A stretch of DNA of 40,861 nt from an uncultured Pseudomonadales bacterium (GCA_964611955.1 CAZTBN010000003.1:1-40861); one strand, 5' to 3'. Counted from the stretch's first letter, positions 17,530 to 27,161 are shown. Numbers and translations are program-made. Notes: generated by a model from the letters alone, not told the origin.

Positions 17530-17556
17530 GTTAGGGATGCAAAAATTATTTTTAAT

Positions 17557-18585
17557 TTAGCCAATTGACTTATCACCACTCTCAACAATCTCTTTTTTCG
17601 CGTCTGCCCATTCTACAATCTGCTTGAGTCTAATAAAAGACAGATAACCGATAATGGCTTGCATGAGGGTGACGGCTGGCAAAATAATTAGGTCAATTAA
17701 TATTTGTATGAATTCACTCTGCACTGGTAACAAGGCAGTAGTAATCTCGCTAGTAAGGTTTACAAATATTTGAGAAACTAAACTAATAATTATAGCGACT
17801 GCGAGATAGTGCCACAGTTGCTTAAAATTTTTAAACCACATTTTAGTATAGTGAACGCTGGTAGTTAAAGCTTTTATCCCTTTAAGATCATTAAGGATAA
17901 CGAGATAGGGAACGTGCATAAACAGAACCGCTAGCACTAATCCAGGTAAGATTAAAAAAACTAAGCCGATCATAATAAAAAGAAACTGCATTAGTCCAGC
18001 CACCAGTAAAGGAATAATTTTAGCAAAAGCTTGTTTAAAAGCAGTGCCTACTTTAATATTTTCTTCTCGATAATGTAAAAAAATAATTGAGGCAATCTGA
18101 GAGGCTAGCATGATGATCATAGCAAGAATGAGAAATCCAACCAACATACCCATTCCAGGCATAAACAAAGAGCTAAAATCAATATTAGATGACTCTGAGG
18201 AGAGTAACCCAGCCATATTAAAAATCGTTACCCCAGAGAGGATCACGATTGCTAACAAGGCAATTATGGTAACAACAACTGATGGCCCTAAGATAACGAT
18301 TGCTAGTTTTTTCCAATGTGTGGCTAGAATTGCCCAGACTTCTTTAAAAATTTCAGTGATAGTTTTTTGAGATAACTCATCGCTATCACTATTATTGTTA
18401 GCGGTATTAACTTCAGTAGGAACTGCAGTTTCAGTTGCCGAGTTTTTATTTTTTGCTAGTGCTTCATCAATTTCTACTTCAGGCCATTTGTTTTCCAGTA
18501 AGATAGTTTTAATTTCCTGATCGGTATTGCCAGCTTCTCGGGAATTTTTTATCCACTTTAAAAGTTCTTGATTGATCATAGACAA
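17557..18585 (-). CDS. Hypothetical polytopic membrane protein (342 aa)
   Basis: Soluble N-terminal about 90 aa, then at least 6 hydrophobic helices. No family recognised. Confidence 0.6.
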   Translation of the reverse strand: MSMINQELLKWIKNSREAGNTDQEIKTILLENKWPEVEIDEALAKNKNSATETAVPTEVNTANNNSDSDELSQKTITEIFKEVWAILATHWKKLAIVILGPSVVVTIIALLAIVILSGVTIFNMAGLLSSESSNIDFSSLFMPGMGMLVGFLILAMIIMLASQIASIIFLHYREENIKVGTAFKQAFAKIIPLLVAGLMQFLFIMIGLVFLILPGLVLAVLFMHVPYLVILNDLKGIKALTTSVHYTKMWFKNFKQLWHYLAVAIIISLVSQIFVNLTSEITTALLPVQSEFIQILIDLIILPAVTLMQAIIGYLSFIRLKQIVEWADAKKEIVESGDKSIG

Positions 18586-18630
18586 CTCAATAATTGGTTA
18601 ATAAGGGATGACTAAATTTTCAGGGGGGTT

Positions 18631-19401
18631 TTAATCATCTGTATCTAAAGAAATGATTTTTTGTAGCCAAGCTGAGGCTTTTTCATATAACGTTAACTCT
18701 GGTTTTTTATGCAGGAGTACTTCTGATAAGATCTCGGTTAAAAGGGCTTTATTTTGTTTGCCCAATAACAAAGTTATCCTGCCAGGAAATCTAAAGCTGG
18801 CGATATTAAGCAATGTTTGATTATATTTTTTGTCAAACCAAAAATTACCTAGTTCTTCCCAGTAATAAAGATTTTTTTCGATATGGATACCATAAGTAGT
18901 TATCTTGTACTCAACATCAATCGGAGGAATCACTGACAGCACATAAACTAGGAAAACTATAGAAATTACCACAGTCACTGCAGTCAGTTGACCAGCAAAA
19001 CCCAGGATTAAAGAAATTAACAGAGCAATAATAGTGACTGTACTGAAATATTTTTTGTTATGTTTTCTAAATGGTCGACTCGGAGCCATCCACTCAATCA
19101 CCGTTTCCTCTGGCAAAGGACGATACATACCTGGAGCAATACGAGATTCCTCGATTTTGCTGTGAGGATATTGACTGGCATTAGTTTGAGCTGATTCTGT
19201 AGTTGGCTGATAGTTTTCTGGCTGCTGAGCTTGAAATTCTTGTTGATAAAGGTTTGAAGATTGATCTTGATCCTGTTGCGCAGGCTGTTCAAAAACTTGA
19301 TGCTGAGTACTTGCTTGATCATTGGCTGCAGCCTGATCTCTAGACTTAAATTCTGGAGTAGGGCTTGATTGCTGATCACTTGGTAGTTGAGCATTTGGCA
19401 T
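18631..19401 (-). CDS. Hypothetical membrane protein with a Gln-rich N-terminus (256 aa)
   Basis: Q/P/S-rich disordered N-terminus, two adjacent TM helices (VTIIALLISLILGFAGQL, VVISIVFLVYVLSVIPP) and a globular C-terminal about 90 aa. No family recognised. Confidence 0.6.
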   Translation of the reverse strand: MPNAQLPSDQQSSPTPEFKSRDQAAANDQASTQHQVFEQPAQQDQDQSSNLYQQEFQAQQPENYQPTTESAQTNASQYPHSKIEESRIAPGMYRPLPEETVIEWMAPSRPFRKHNKKYFSTVTIIALLISLILGFAGQLTAVTVVISIVFLVYVLSVIPPIDVEYKITTYGIHIEKNLYYWEELGNFWFDKKYNQTLLNIASFRFPGRITLLLGKQNKALLTEILSEVLLHKKPELTLYEKASAWLQKIISLDTDD

Positions 19402-19525
19402 ACTAAATACTATACAACAAAAAAAGCTTACACGCCAACCATTTATCTGCTAAAATTAGCAGGTTGATGATTGATTTAAAGCTAATGAGCTTTAAAAAGT
19501 TAAGCGATGGTTTGAGTTAAACAAA

Positions 19526-19611
19526 GGAGGTGTCGCATAGTGGTCAATTGCACTAGTCTTGAAAACTAGGGCTTCACAGCTACGTGGGTTCGATCCCCAC
19601 CACCTCCGCCA
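19526..19611 (+). tRNA. tRNA-Ser (anticodon UGA), long variable arm, CCA encoded
   Basis: Acceptor GGAGGTG/CACCTCC with G73. Anticodon stem CTAGT/ACTAG with loop CT-TGA-AA. Long variable arm GGCTTCACAGCTAC. T-arm GTGGG-TTCGATC-CCCAC. 3' CCA at 19609-19611. Confidence 0.9.
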
Positions 19612-19646
19612 GTTAGGAAAAAATTTAAAAATTACTATCTCAATTT

Positions 19647-19934
19647 ATGAAATCAGTTTCCTTTTTTACCCCAACGTTGTTGAAACTGATCATCGCCAGT
19701 TTGCTGTTTGTATTTTTTGTCCCTTTTATTAGTTATGATACAGGCATTAGGTGTGTTCAAGCTCCTTGTCCCAGTTTAACCAATATTCCCATTGCGACAT
19801 GGATGCTGATCAATCCTAGTTTTAGCAATCAGTCTTTTTCAACAATTAAGTTTATTTTGGGTTGGCTGAGTTCTTACTTGGTTGCTTGTTTTTTCATCTG
19901 GATAATTAAGAAAATAAAAAAAGTAAGAGATTAG
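19647..19934 (+). CDS. Small hypothetical membrane protein (95 aa)
   Basis: N-terminal and C-terminal hydrophobic helices with a Cys-containing loop (CVQAPCP). No family recognised. Confidence 0.45.
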   Translation: MKSVSFFTPTLLKLIIASLLFVFFVPFISYDTGIRCVQAPCPSLTNIPIATWMLINPSFSNQSFSTIKFILGWLSSYLVACFFIWIIKKIKKVRD

Positions 19935-19966
19935 ATTTTCTGGTAAAAGGCATGATATATCTTTTG

Positions 19967-19995
19967 TTGCAACTCCCACTAGCTATTTATAGTAT
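19967..19995 (+). promoter_or_regulatory. Candidate sigma70-type promoter for the cold-shock gene
   Basis: TTGCAA (19967-19972), 17-nt spacer, TAGTAT (19990-19995). This would give a roughly 140-nt 5' UTR, consistent with the long leaders known for csp genes. Motif match only. Confidence 0.3.
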
Positions 19996-20141
19996 TCACT
20001 GTTACAATATCTCTTCAATTAATTTATTTTTTATCTATCGAACAACTTCGGTTACCTATTTTGCTTTTAACTTATTTCCCTAAATTTTATATGCTTTTTA
20101 TGAATTATTAATTAGTTCTATTTTATAGAAAAGGAGATCAT

Positions 20142-20372
20142 ATGGAAAACAACGATCAAACAAAAGAACAAGGAACCGTTAAATGGTTCGCTTCTGACAA
20201 AGGTTATGGTTTTATCGCCCCTGATAAAGGTGGTGATGACGTGTTCGTTCACGTAAATAACCTAGTTGGCGTTAACACCTTGAAAGAAGGTGACAGAGTT
20301 GAATTCGTAATTGGTGAAGGCCGTAAAGGACCACAAGCCAATGAAGTTACTTTAGTCGCAAGTGCTGAGTAA
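20142..20372 (+). CDS. cspA: Cold-shock protein (CspA family)
   Basis: RNP1 KGYGFI and RNP2 VFVH within [40 protein letters not shown] lies 6 nt upstream. Confidence 0.95.
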   Translation: MENNDQTKEQGTVKWFASDKGYGFIAPDKGGDDVFVHVNNLVGVNTLKEGDRVEFVIGEGRKGPQANEVTLVASAE

Positions 20373-20393
20373 TTTTAACGTTCAATTTAAATT

Positions 20394-20422
20394 AAGCCCA
20401 CTTTTTTAAGTGGGCTTTTTTT
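20394..20422 (+). terminator. Intrinsic terminator after csp
   Basis: AAGCCCAC (20394-20401) pairs with GTGGGCTT (20410-20417), followed by a T-run through 20422. Confidence 0.85.
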
Positions 20423-20488
20423 AGATCAAAGAAATTTATTTAGCAATTTTAATGATAAAATTAGCTTAACATTTATTATTGTGTACCT

Positions 20489-21520
20489 ATGCCACGTTGG
20501 TTACGTTATGTTTTACTAACATTACTAGGAGCCTTGCTGGGTTTGCTGTATTTGTGGTCTACTCAATCTCAAACAGAGCGCATTAATTTAGAATCTGATT
20601 CACTTTGGGTTGAAGAACATCCAATTGCTCCTGTGGCACCATCAACTACTATCACGATTTTGTTTGGTGGCGATTTGATGTTTGATCGCAATGTTAGGCT
20701 GATGGCAGAGCAGAATGGTTATGATAATTTAATTTCTCCAGCATTACGCCAGTTATTACTTGATCAAGATTTGGTAGTAGCTAATTTAGAAGGTCCTATT
20801 ACAGAAAATAACTCTTTAAGCGCAGGTACTGGTCCAGGAGATTTAAATAATACTCGTTTTACTTTTGATCCAGAGATAGCTAACTGGTTAGCCACCAACA
20901 ATCTCAAATTAGTTAACTTAGGCAACAACCATATGCTAGATTTTGGCGTAGAGGGCGCTCAAACTACTTTTAAATTTTTAGATCAAGCTGGGATCAAGCA
21001 TTTTGGCTGGCTATCAGCAAACTCAACTGCGTTATCCCTCAATAAAATTTCTACCTCAATCATTGTGAAAGGTAAAACTCTTGGTTTAGTCAATTACAAT
21101 CAGTTTGGTGAACAGCCAATTGAAATTGTAACGCAAACCATTGAGCAGTTACGACCCACAGTTGATTATTTAATAGTTTTTACCCATTGGGGTATCGAGT
21201 ATGCTTTGCAAGCTAATGCAGTGATTACAGAGCAAGGCAGGCAGTTTATTCAGTCTGGAGCTGATTTGGTCATTGGCACTCATCCTCATGTGATTCAACC
21301 TTATGAAGATTATTTAACTGGTCGGATTTATTATTCTTTGGGGAATTTTATTTTTGATCAATACTTTCAGCCAGAGGTGCAACAAGGTCAGCTAGTGCAG
21401 TTAGAGTTAGAGTTTACTGATGCAGAGGCTACTCCCAGTGCCAGTTTTAAAGAGTTTGCAGTTTTAATGCAACCCAAACAACCGGTGGAACTTGCTAGCG
21501 ACTCAGCCAGTTTAAATTAA
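20489..21520 (+). CDS. CapA-family (PGA_cap) metallophosphatase-like protein, membrane anchored
   Basis: N-terminal TM. Motifs GGDLMFDR, NLEGPIT, LGNNHMLDFG, THWGIEY, GTHPHVIQP and YSLGNFIFDQ. Confidence 0.8.
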   Translation: MPRWLRYVLLTLLGALLGLLYLWSTQSQTERINLESDSLWVEEHPIAPVAPSTTITILFGGDLMFDRNVRLMAEQNGYDNLISPALRQLLLDQDLVVANLEGPITENNSLSAGTGPGDLNNTRFTFDPEIANWLATNNLKLVNLGNNHMLDFGVEGAQTTFKFLDQAGIKHFGWLSANSTALSLNKISTSIIVKGKTLGLVNYNQFGEQPIEIVTQTIEQLRPTVDYLIVFTHWGIEYALQANAVITEQGRQFIQSGADLVIGTHPHVIQPYEDYLTGRIYYSLGNFIFDQYFQPEVQQGQLVQLELEFTDAEATPSASFKEFAVLMQPKQPVELASDSASLN

Positions 21521-21567
21521 GCTGAAAAGTTCAGGTTTTTGTAAGATTTTTTTATTAGGCTGTAATA

Positions 21568-21798
21568 ATGATTTTGTTTAAACTCAGAAATGTCTTTCTT
21601 CAGAATAAGATTACTAGAGGACAGCAAGAGTTTGTCGTAAATATTTTTAGAGAAATTGGATCTGGAATGGCGATAGCGAGTTTGTTACAACTTTTAATAG
21701 AAAGTGATTTTAACAATAATGTTGACCTCGCTCTTTTAGTCGTTATTATATTATGGTACATTGGTTTTAATATATCTAAAAACATAAAATATGATTAA
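21568..21798 (+). CDS. Small hypothetical membrane protein (76 aa)
   Basis: Two hydrophobic segments (GSGMAIASLLQLLI, LALLVVIILWYIGF). No family recognised. Confidence 0.4.
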   Translation: MILFKLRNVFLQNKITRGQQEFVVNIFREIGSGMAIASLLQLLIESDFNNNVDLALLVVIILWYIGFNISKNIKYD

Positions 21799-21943
21799 TT
21801 TTATTACTAACCTCGATCCTTTTAATAAAGGTGTTTTAATGATTGCTACACCTTTAATTTTGTTTTACTTTTGGTTAAAAATTTCTGAAAAAATTCTAGA
21901 TAAAGAAGATGCTGAAAAAGCTATGAAAAAATCAAAATGTTAA
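21791..21943 (+). CDS. Possible 50-aa membrane micro-protein overlapping the previous stop
   Basis: ATG at 21791 overlaps the end of 21568..21798 by 8 nt. Hand translation gives MINFITNLDPFNKGVLMIATPLILFYFWLKISEKILDKEDAEKAMKKSKC, with one TM. It is below the ORF-track length cut-off, so this is speculative. Confidence 0.25.
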   Translation: MINFITNLDPFNKGVLMIATPLILFYFWLKISEKILDKEDAEKAMKKSKC

Positions 21944-22082
21944 ATTTTTTCCGCAATATGCATCCAATGATTTAGGATTGGGATTTTTAACCTTAGTAGC
22001 TCGTCTTTTTTTACCTCTCAATTTTACTTTCTGAAAAAGTGCATGGCACCGGTCCCGATTCTAAAAAAGAAATCAAGTAAGA

Positions 22083-23054
22083 TTACTGTTTATTTCTCTT
22101 GTAACTCCCTAAACCTATCAAACTGCCAGTCATCACTGCTAGATCAGCTGTGATTTGCAATACTGGTAGCCAATACCAGCCCTGTGGTACAGCTTCAAGA
22201 TTTTTTTGGATTGCCCAGACTAAATAAATCACTAGCCAAAACCCTATAATCATAACAAGCCGCTCGATTGCCACTGGAGTAAAACTCAACAATCCTAAAA
22301 TTGCCAAAAGTGCCAGTAAATAACGTCCAAATACCAAGACGACCTTAGGGCGTAGAATGCCAGACTGAATATCTCCCTGAGCGAATCTAAAGATCATTGT
22401 GCTAAACTCTTTTAAATTTTTGCGAGGTAGCCAAGCCACTAAAGCATCTTGAGCAAAATTAAACTTTAATTGTAGTTTTTTAGCTCGATAGAAAAACTCA
22501 AAATCTTCATTTAAAGCTAGGGTTTCATCAAAACCGTTTAATTTTTTCCAGGCTGATTTTTGCATCAGCACGGAACGAGTGGTGGGCATGAAGTGGTCAG
22601 GATTTAATTTACCTGGTGTGATTAAGGTATAAGCCACCACGGCTTGTTCAAAAGCAGTAGCAGGCAAACCATAAAAATAGCCACCCACAATATCAGCTGG
22701 AGAGGCTTGGTAGGAAGCGACTAAGTTTTTTAACCAATTAGGTTGAGGAATACAGCCAGCATCAGTAATGGCGATTAAATCATGCTGAGAATGCTTGATT
22801 GCCCAGTTGCGAGCCTGTGAGCGATTAGAATTAGGCAACTTTTTTAAGGTAAAGTTAAGTTTTTTTTGAGAAGATAAAGGCAGATTATTAATATATTTTT
22901 CAATTATGACAACTGTTTGATCTTGCGATCCGCCATCAACAATAATAACTTCATTAGGCAACAGCGTTTGTTTGGTAATGGCCTGAAGAAGCAACTGGAT
23001 AGTATCAGCCTCATTTAAAACAGTCATGATTAAAGAAATCTGAGCTTTTTTCAT
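22083..23054 (-). CDS. Family-2 glycosyltransferase with a C-terminal membrane domain
   Basis: GT-A motifs ISLIMTVLNEADTI, IIVDGGSQDQT and AITDAGC, plus C-terminal TM helices. The start was moved to the ATG MKKAQISLIM; the ORF track gives TTG at 23147. Confidence 0.85.
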   Translation of the reverse strand: MKKAQISLIMTVLNEADTIQLLLQAITKQTLLPNEVIIVDGGSQDQTVVIIEKYINNLPLSSQKKLNFTLKKLPNSNRSQARNWAIKHSQHDLIAITDAGCIPQPNWLKNLVASYQASPADIVGGYFYGLPATAFEQAVVAYTLITPGKLNPDHFMPTTRSVLMQKSAWKKLNGFDETLALNEDFEFFYRAKKLQLKFNFAQDALVAWLPRKNLKEFSTMIFRFAQGDIQSGILRPKVVLVFGRYLLALLAILGLLSFTPVAIERLVMIIGFWLVIYLVWAIQKNLEAVPQGWYWLPVLQITADLAVMTGSLIGLGSYKRNKQ

Positions 23055-23174
23055 GGCCTTATTATAAATCTTTTGCTCTGATGTGTGTGGTCTGCACAGT
23101 TGATTGCTTTTCATTTCTGCATAAATTAAACTTAAGTTTAAGACCAATATTATTAATTATTTAATAATTTTATT

Positions 23175-25337
23175 GTGCCAAATACCTCAACAACACTCAA
23201 CCCACAACCGTCTGATCAAGCAGTGTCAGAAGCCAATAACCATCAAGCAGGCCAAGATAAGCTTGCTGCTGCGCCAAATGATCGTGCCGCTAAATCTTCT
23301 GGAAAAAAACCGTTAATCTTGGTGTTAATTATCATTTTCATTTTCACTTTTGTTGGTGGAGTGTTAGCTCACTCTTTGGGTATGTTTTCTTTTTTAAATT
23401 TAACTAATCGTGATATAGAGGAACCAGCAGTTACTTCAACAGATCAGAATTCAATCTTAGAGAATCTTGTTGAGCCAGGCGAGAATAACTCAGAATCTCT
23501 TTTTGTCGGTAAGCTGACTAAACTTGATCAAGATTTACAATTATATAAGCCTTCAGAGACTGATCAAAATACAGATATTCAGCTTACTAGTATTTATTAT
23601 TCGGCAGGTATTTATAATTCTGGCAGTTTACAAGGCTATACCAGAATTGTGGCCTTTCGAGAACCAGAGGGTCCAGGTGATGTTGAGGTTTATATTTTAG
23701 CAACTAAAGATTTTCAAACATACATCTTGCATGATCCGCAAAATTTAACAAAAAATTCTGCAGAAGATGATTGGGACAACCCTTTTCATTATTTAGATAA
23801 AAATAAGATTGCTAATACTCAAACTTTACCTACTTATTATGAAGAAACTATTAAGCTTGATAATACTTTTGTTTTGCTCTTTAAGAGTTACGCAGTTGAA
23901 TACTTAGTTAATGGGAAAGATTCAGCAGGGCAAGACATTTATCAGTTGGATTTACTTACTTCTTTATCTGGTTTTCAACCATTAACCTCTCCTGATAAAA
24001 ATCTTCAACTTTATTATAGAACTTTTGAGCCAATGCTTGAGTTCGAAGAGTTGACCCCTGAAGCAGTTAAAACTCAGCAAAAAATTGCCAATAAATATTA
24101 TGCGGGCGATACTACTGTTTTAGCTCTAGATTCAACTGGTTTACCAGTTTTTTATTCATTATCTACTAATCAAGAAGTTGCTAAATACAAGCAACAGCTG
24201 GTTAAATTTGATCAGCAGTATCAAGTATATCTTCAGGCAGTTCAAGATTATGATAATGGTCTCATGACAGAATATCCTGATTATCCAGAAGCTGCTGAGA
24301 AACCAACCTTGGGTTTTAACAGTTCGCAGATTCAAGCCAACCAAAATTTACCTTGGTTTGATAAATATCATGCTGCTTTTGGCAGTGTGTGCGGTCTTGA
24401 TTTAGCAACTAAACTTATTACAGTTGAAGAATCAGAGCTAGAACCAGTTGGGACAGTTTATGGCTTAACTCTCTACAAACTTAAAGATCAAAATCATGAT
24501 TTAAATAAATTAGCTTATGCGCATAAGTTTAATTATTACATTGAATCATTGGCTGATGGACACGATGACTTTTCTAGTATGAATCCTGGCAAAACCATAC
24601 CATCTTATGAAGCATATATTGCACAAAATCCATTATTAATCTTAAAAGATTATTGGCAAAGATGGGCAGTTGTGGGAGAGTACGACTTTGTGTTGCCCGG
24701 CGGTTGTGGCAAGCCGGTTATTTATTTATATCCAACCAAGCCAACTGAAATTGAAGTCAGGTTGCTCAAACCAGTCCAATTTTCAGCTGTTATGCCTAAC
24801 TATCATCAGCAATGGAAAGTTTTAGCCCAGCCCAATGGTATGCTGACTGATCTTCAGCCAGAGTTAACCTCATGTCAAGCGATTGACAGTAATATTCCTG
24901 GTTTAGAGTATGCGAAGCAAGCTTGTGAGAATAACAGTTATCCCTATTTATATTGGTCAGGTAATGTCCTTGATACTAATTATCCTAAAATTGATCAAGG
25001 TTGGGTGGTGAGTAGGTCAGCAGTGAGTGAGTTTTTAGCTACTAAATTAACTGAAATGGGCTTATCTAAAACTGAAAAAACAGAATTTTTACAGTATTGG
25101 TTGCCTCAGATGTTGGCTAAAAAGGCTAATTATTATCGTATTAGTTTTTTACAAACTCATCAGCTGAATCAATTTATTCCTATGGAGGTTAAGCCTGCAC
25201 CTGATACAGTTTTTAGAATTTTTATGGATTATAAGCCATTAGCAACCTTACCAGAGCAGTTACCAGCGCCACAGTCTTTGCAAACCTTGAATAGACAAGG
25301 ATTTACTCTGGTAGAATGGGGTGGGCTGAAACAGTAA
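23175..25337 (+). CDS. Large membrane-anchored extracytoplasmic hypothetical protein (720 aa)
   Basis: GTG start. N-terminal disordered region plus a single TM (PLILVLIIIFIFTFVGGVLA). The C-terminal region includes GGCGKPVIYLYP. No family recognised. Divergent from the GT2 gene. Confidence 0.65.
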   Translation: MPNTSTTLNPQPSDQAVSEANNHQAGQDKLAAAPNDRAAKSSGKKPLILVLIIIFIFTFVGGVLAHSLGMFSFLNLTNRDIEEPAVTSTDQNSILENLVEPGENNSESLFVGKLTKLDQDLQLYKPSETDQNTDIQLTSIYYSAGIYNSGSLQGYTRIVAFREPEGPGDVEVYILATKDFQTYILHDPQNLTKNSAEDDWDNPFHYLDKNKIANTQTLPTYYEETIKLDNTFVLLFKSYAVEYLVNGKDSAGQDIYQLDLLTSLSGFQPLTSPDKNLQLYYRTFEPMLEFEELTPEAVKTQQKIANKYYAGDTTVLALDSTGLPVFYSLSTNQEVAKYKQQLVKFDQQYQVYLQAVQDYDNGLMTEYPDYPEAAEKPTLGFNSSQIQANQNLPWFDKYHAAFGSVCGLDLATKLITVEESELEPVGTVYGLTLYKLKDQNHDLNKLAYAHKFNYYIESLADGHDDFSSMNPGKTIPSYEAYIAQNPLLILKDYWQRWAVVGEYDFVLPGGCGKPVIYLYPTKPTEIEVRLLKPVQFSAVMPNYHQQWKVLAQPNGMLTDLQPELTSCQAIDSNIPGLEYAKQACENNSYPYLYWSGNVLDTNYPKIDQGWVVSRSAVSEFLATKLTEMGLSKTEKTEFLQYWLPQMLAKKANYYRISFLQTHQLNQFIPMEVKPAPDTVFRIFMDYKPLATLPEQLPAPQSLQTLNRQGFTLVEWGGLKQ

Positions 25338-25542
25338 ATTTGTTAAAGTGAGCATTAAAGTTTGGATTAAGGTTAGGTGAATTGATTGTGATTCAGGCAA
25401 AAGACTTTGTTTTGCGATCAGCAGATTGGTAGGGATTTTTATCTAGAAAAGTTTGCTGAGGCACAAGTTGAAATAAGTCGCTCTTCTCAAGCTAGCTGTG
25501 AGTTATCATGCCCATGTGAAAAGAGTTAAACTATTTTTTAAA

Positions 25543-26610
25543 ATGAACTCAAACTTAAAAAAAACAGGCGCTCACAAAAATCTACTGATCATCACTCCCT
25601 ATTTCCATCCTCATTTAGGTGGTGTAGAAAAACATGTTTTAAAAATTAGCCTGTTATTGCAACAACAAGGCTGGCAGATCAAGATCATCACCCGCCAACA
25701 TGATCCAGCGCTGGCTACTCAAGAGCAAGTGCAAGGTTTAACTGTAAATCGCTTCAGTTTTCCTAATTTAAGAGTTTTAGGCTTAGTTGTAATCTGGTTA
25801 AAACTGTTAGCTCGCTATTTTCGGGTTTTTAAGCAGGCAGACATCATTCAGGTTCACGATGTTATGGTTTGGTGCCTTTTGATGCGTTTACTATTTCCCA
25901 GAAAAAAGTTTGTGCTTACGGTTCACGGCTGGGAAGGAGTTTACCCCATACCTTTAAAAAATATTTGGCTAAAACAGCTCAGCGCCAGATTGGCTAATAA
26001 AGTGATCTGCGTGGGTGCTTTTATTAAAAAATATTATGGCATTAGTTGTGATCAAGTCATTCTGGGCGCTGTTGCAGATAATATAGTTATTGGTCAGGAA
26101 AAAAAGAAAGCAACAAGTCCTATAAGAATTGTGTATGTGGGTAGATTGGCTAAAGATACTGGGCTATTAATGTTGTTAAAAGCTTATCAAAAGTTGCCGA
26201 TAAAAGTTCAACAAACTCTCAACTTAAGTTTTATTGGAGATGGAGAGCTAAGGTCGCAGTGTTCAACTGTGGGTGAAGTTTTAGGTATGGTTGACGAAAC
26301 AAAAATCAGCACCCAATTAGCACCAGCGCATCTCTGTTTTGCCAGTGGTTATTTATCAGCTTTAGAAGGCTTGAGTGCTGGCTGTTTAGTTGTAGTTGGA
26401 TCAGCAAATCAGCTGAAAAAGGACTATTGGTCAATGAGCGAATTAGCTTCTATAATTAAGATTTGTGAGACTGAAAATGAGTTGGTCACTGTTTTAAAAC
26501 AAGCTCAGCAATTAGTGGCAGATTATGATGTAACTGCGAATTCAACCTGGACAAAACAATACAACTGGCAAACTATTGCAGCGGTGTATAGTGAGATTTA
26601 TTCTTCTTGA
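25543..26610 (+). CDS. GT-B fold glycosyltransferase (GT4-like)
   Basis: N-terminus LLIITPYFHPHLGGVEKHV. C-terminal half has VGRLAKDTG, IGDGELR and LSALEGLSAGC. The start was moved to the ATG MNSNLKK; the ORF track gives GTG at 25498. The stop is TGA. Confidence 0.8.
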   Translation: MNSNLKKTGAHKNLLIITPYFHPHLGGVEKHVLKISLLLQQQGWQIKIITRQHDPALATQEQVQGLTVNRFSFPNLRVLGLVVIWLKLLARYFRVFKQADIIQVHDVMVWCLLMRLLFPRKKFVLTVHGWEGVYPIPLKNIWLKQLSARLANKVICVGAFIKKYYGISCDQVILGAVADNIVIGQEKKKATSPIRIVYVGRLAKDTGLLMLLKAYQKLPIKVQQTLNLSFIGDGELRSQCSTVGEVLGMVDETKISTQLAPAHLCFASGYLSALEGLSAGCLVVVGSANQLKKDYWSMSELASIIKICETENELVTVLKQAQQLVADYDVTANSTWTKQYNWQTIAAVYSEIYSS

Positions 26611-26675
26611 TAATTTTACCTTTCCTAGTTAGTGTTTCCCAATTAAAACGATAGTGGCTTAAAGTCCTATAATAT

Positions 26676-26704
26676 TTGACATATTGGACGTGTTTCTATA
26701 TAAT
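26676..26704 (+). promoter_or_regulatory. Perfect-consensus sigma70 promoter (TTGACA-17 nt-TATAAT)
   Basis: TTGACA at 26676-26681, exactly 17 nt of spacer (26682-26698), TATAAT at 26699-26704. It points toward the structured leader and the high-GC ORF. Confidence 0.6.
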
Positions 26705-26800
26705 TCGATATACTTAAATAATAAATGAACTATTTGTATTGAAATTGAAATAGTTTATTTTGATGCTTAAGCGCTAGTTAATAACTTAAATAAATTTTGG

Positions 26801-27161
26801 TCGACGGCTGATTGCTAATTAAGATTAGTAACAAGCTGTTGATCAGCATCAAGTTTGCCTGCGCTCTTAGCGAGTGTTAGGCGAATCGGTTGATTAATAG
26901 CGGATAGTTGTCTTTATTTATAAAGGCAACGGTTCTTTAACAAGACATACAGAAAGAAACGCGACATGCGTTTCTCCTTTCTGCTGTTTGCTATCACCTA
27001 ACGGTGAGTGGCTCTAAGTTGATTATAGATAACTATGGATAGTAGTTATAAAAGTTTAATCAGTTTGGAGCCACTCATTAACCTGATTCTTTGCCAACCT
27101 GGCAAGGATTCAGTGGGTGGTAATCAAATTGGTGGTATTTGCTCGCCCAGAGCGGGCGAGC
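26801..27161 (+). ncRNA. Unclassified highly structured leader or candidate ncRNA upstream of the high-GC lipoprotein gene
   Basis: Six hand-verified hairpins:
- 26801-26842: 17 of 19 positions paired.
- 26907-26930: 10 bp.
- 26950-26983: 13 bp with a 3-nt bulge.
- 27005-27077: 21 contiguous pairs plus an apical 7-bp stem.
- 27083-27113: 13 of 14 positions paired.
- 27141-27161: 8 bp, all but one G:C.
No credible ORF is present. The strand follows the upstream promoter. Confidence 0.45.

Noticed and set aside
17400-17588. A 62-aa minus-strand ORF between the tRNA-Pro repeat copies.
   Set aside because: It spans the duplicated tRNA fragment and a terminator hairpin, overlaps the end of the 17557-18585 gene, and has no start context or recognisable features.
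17230-19611. The two membrane-protein genes between tRNA-Pro and tRNA-Ser as a genomic island.
   Set aside because: By eye, their composition and codon style match the rest of the window. There are no mobility genes, and the att-like repeat pair encloses only about 160 bp, not these genes.
21568-21943. The overlapping small ORFs as a toxin-antitoxin or holin-like pair.
   Set aside because: Both are merely short hydrophobic peptides with no recognisable family, and the second is below the ORF-track threshold. Nothing supports that function beyond gene size.
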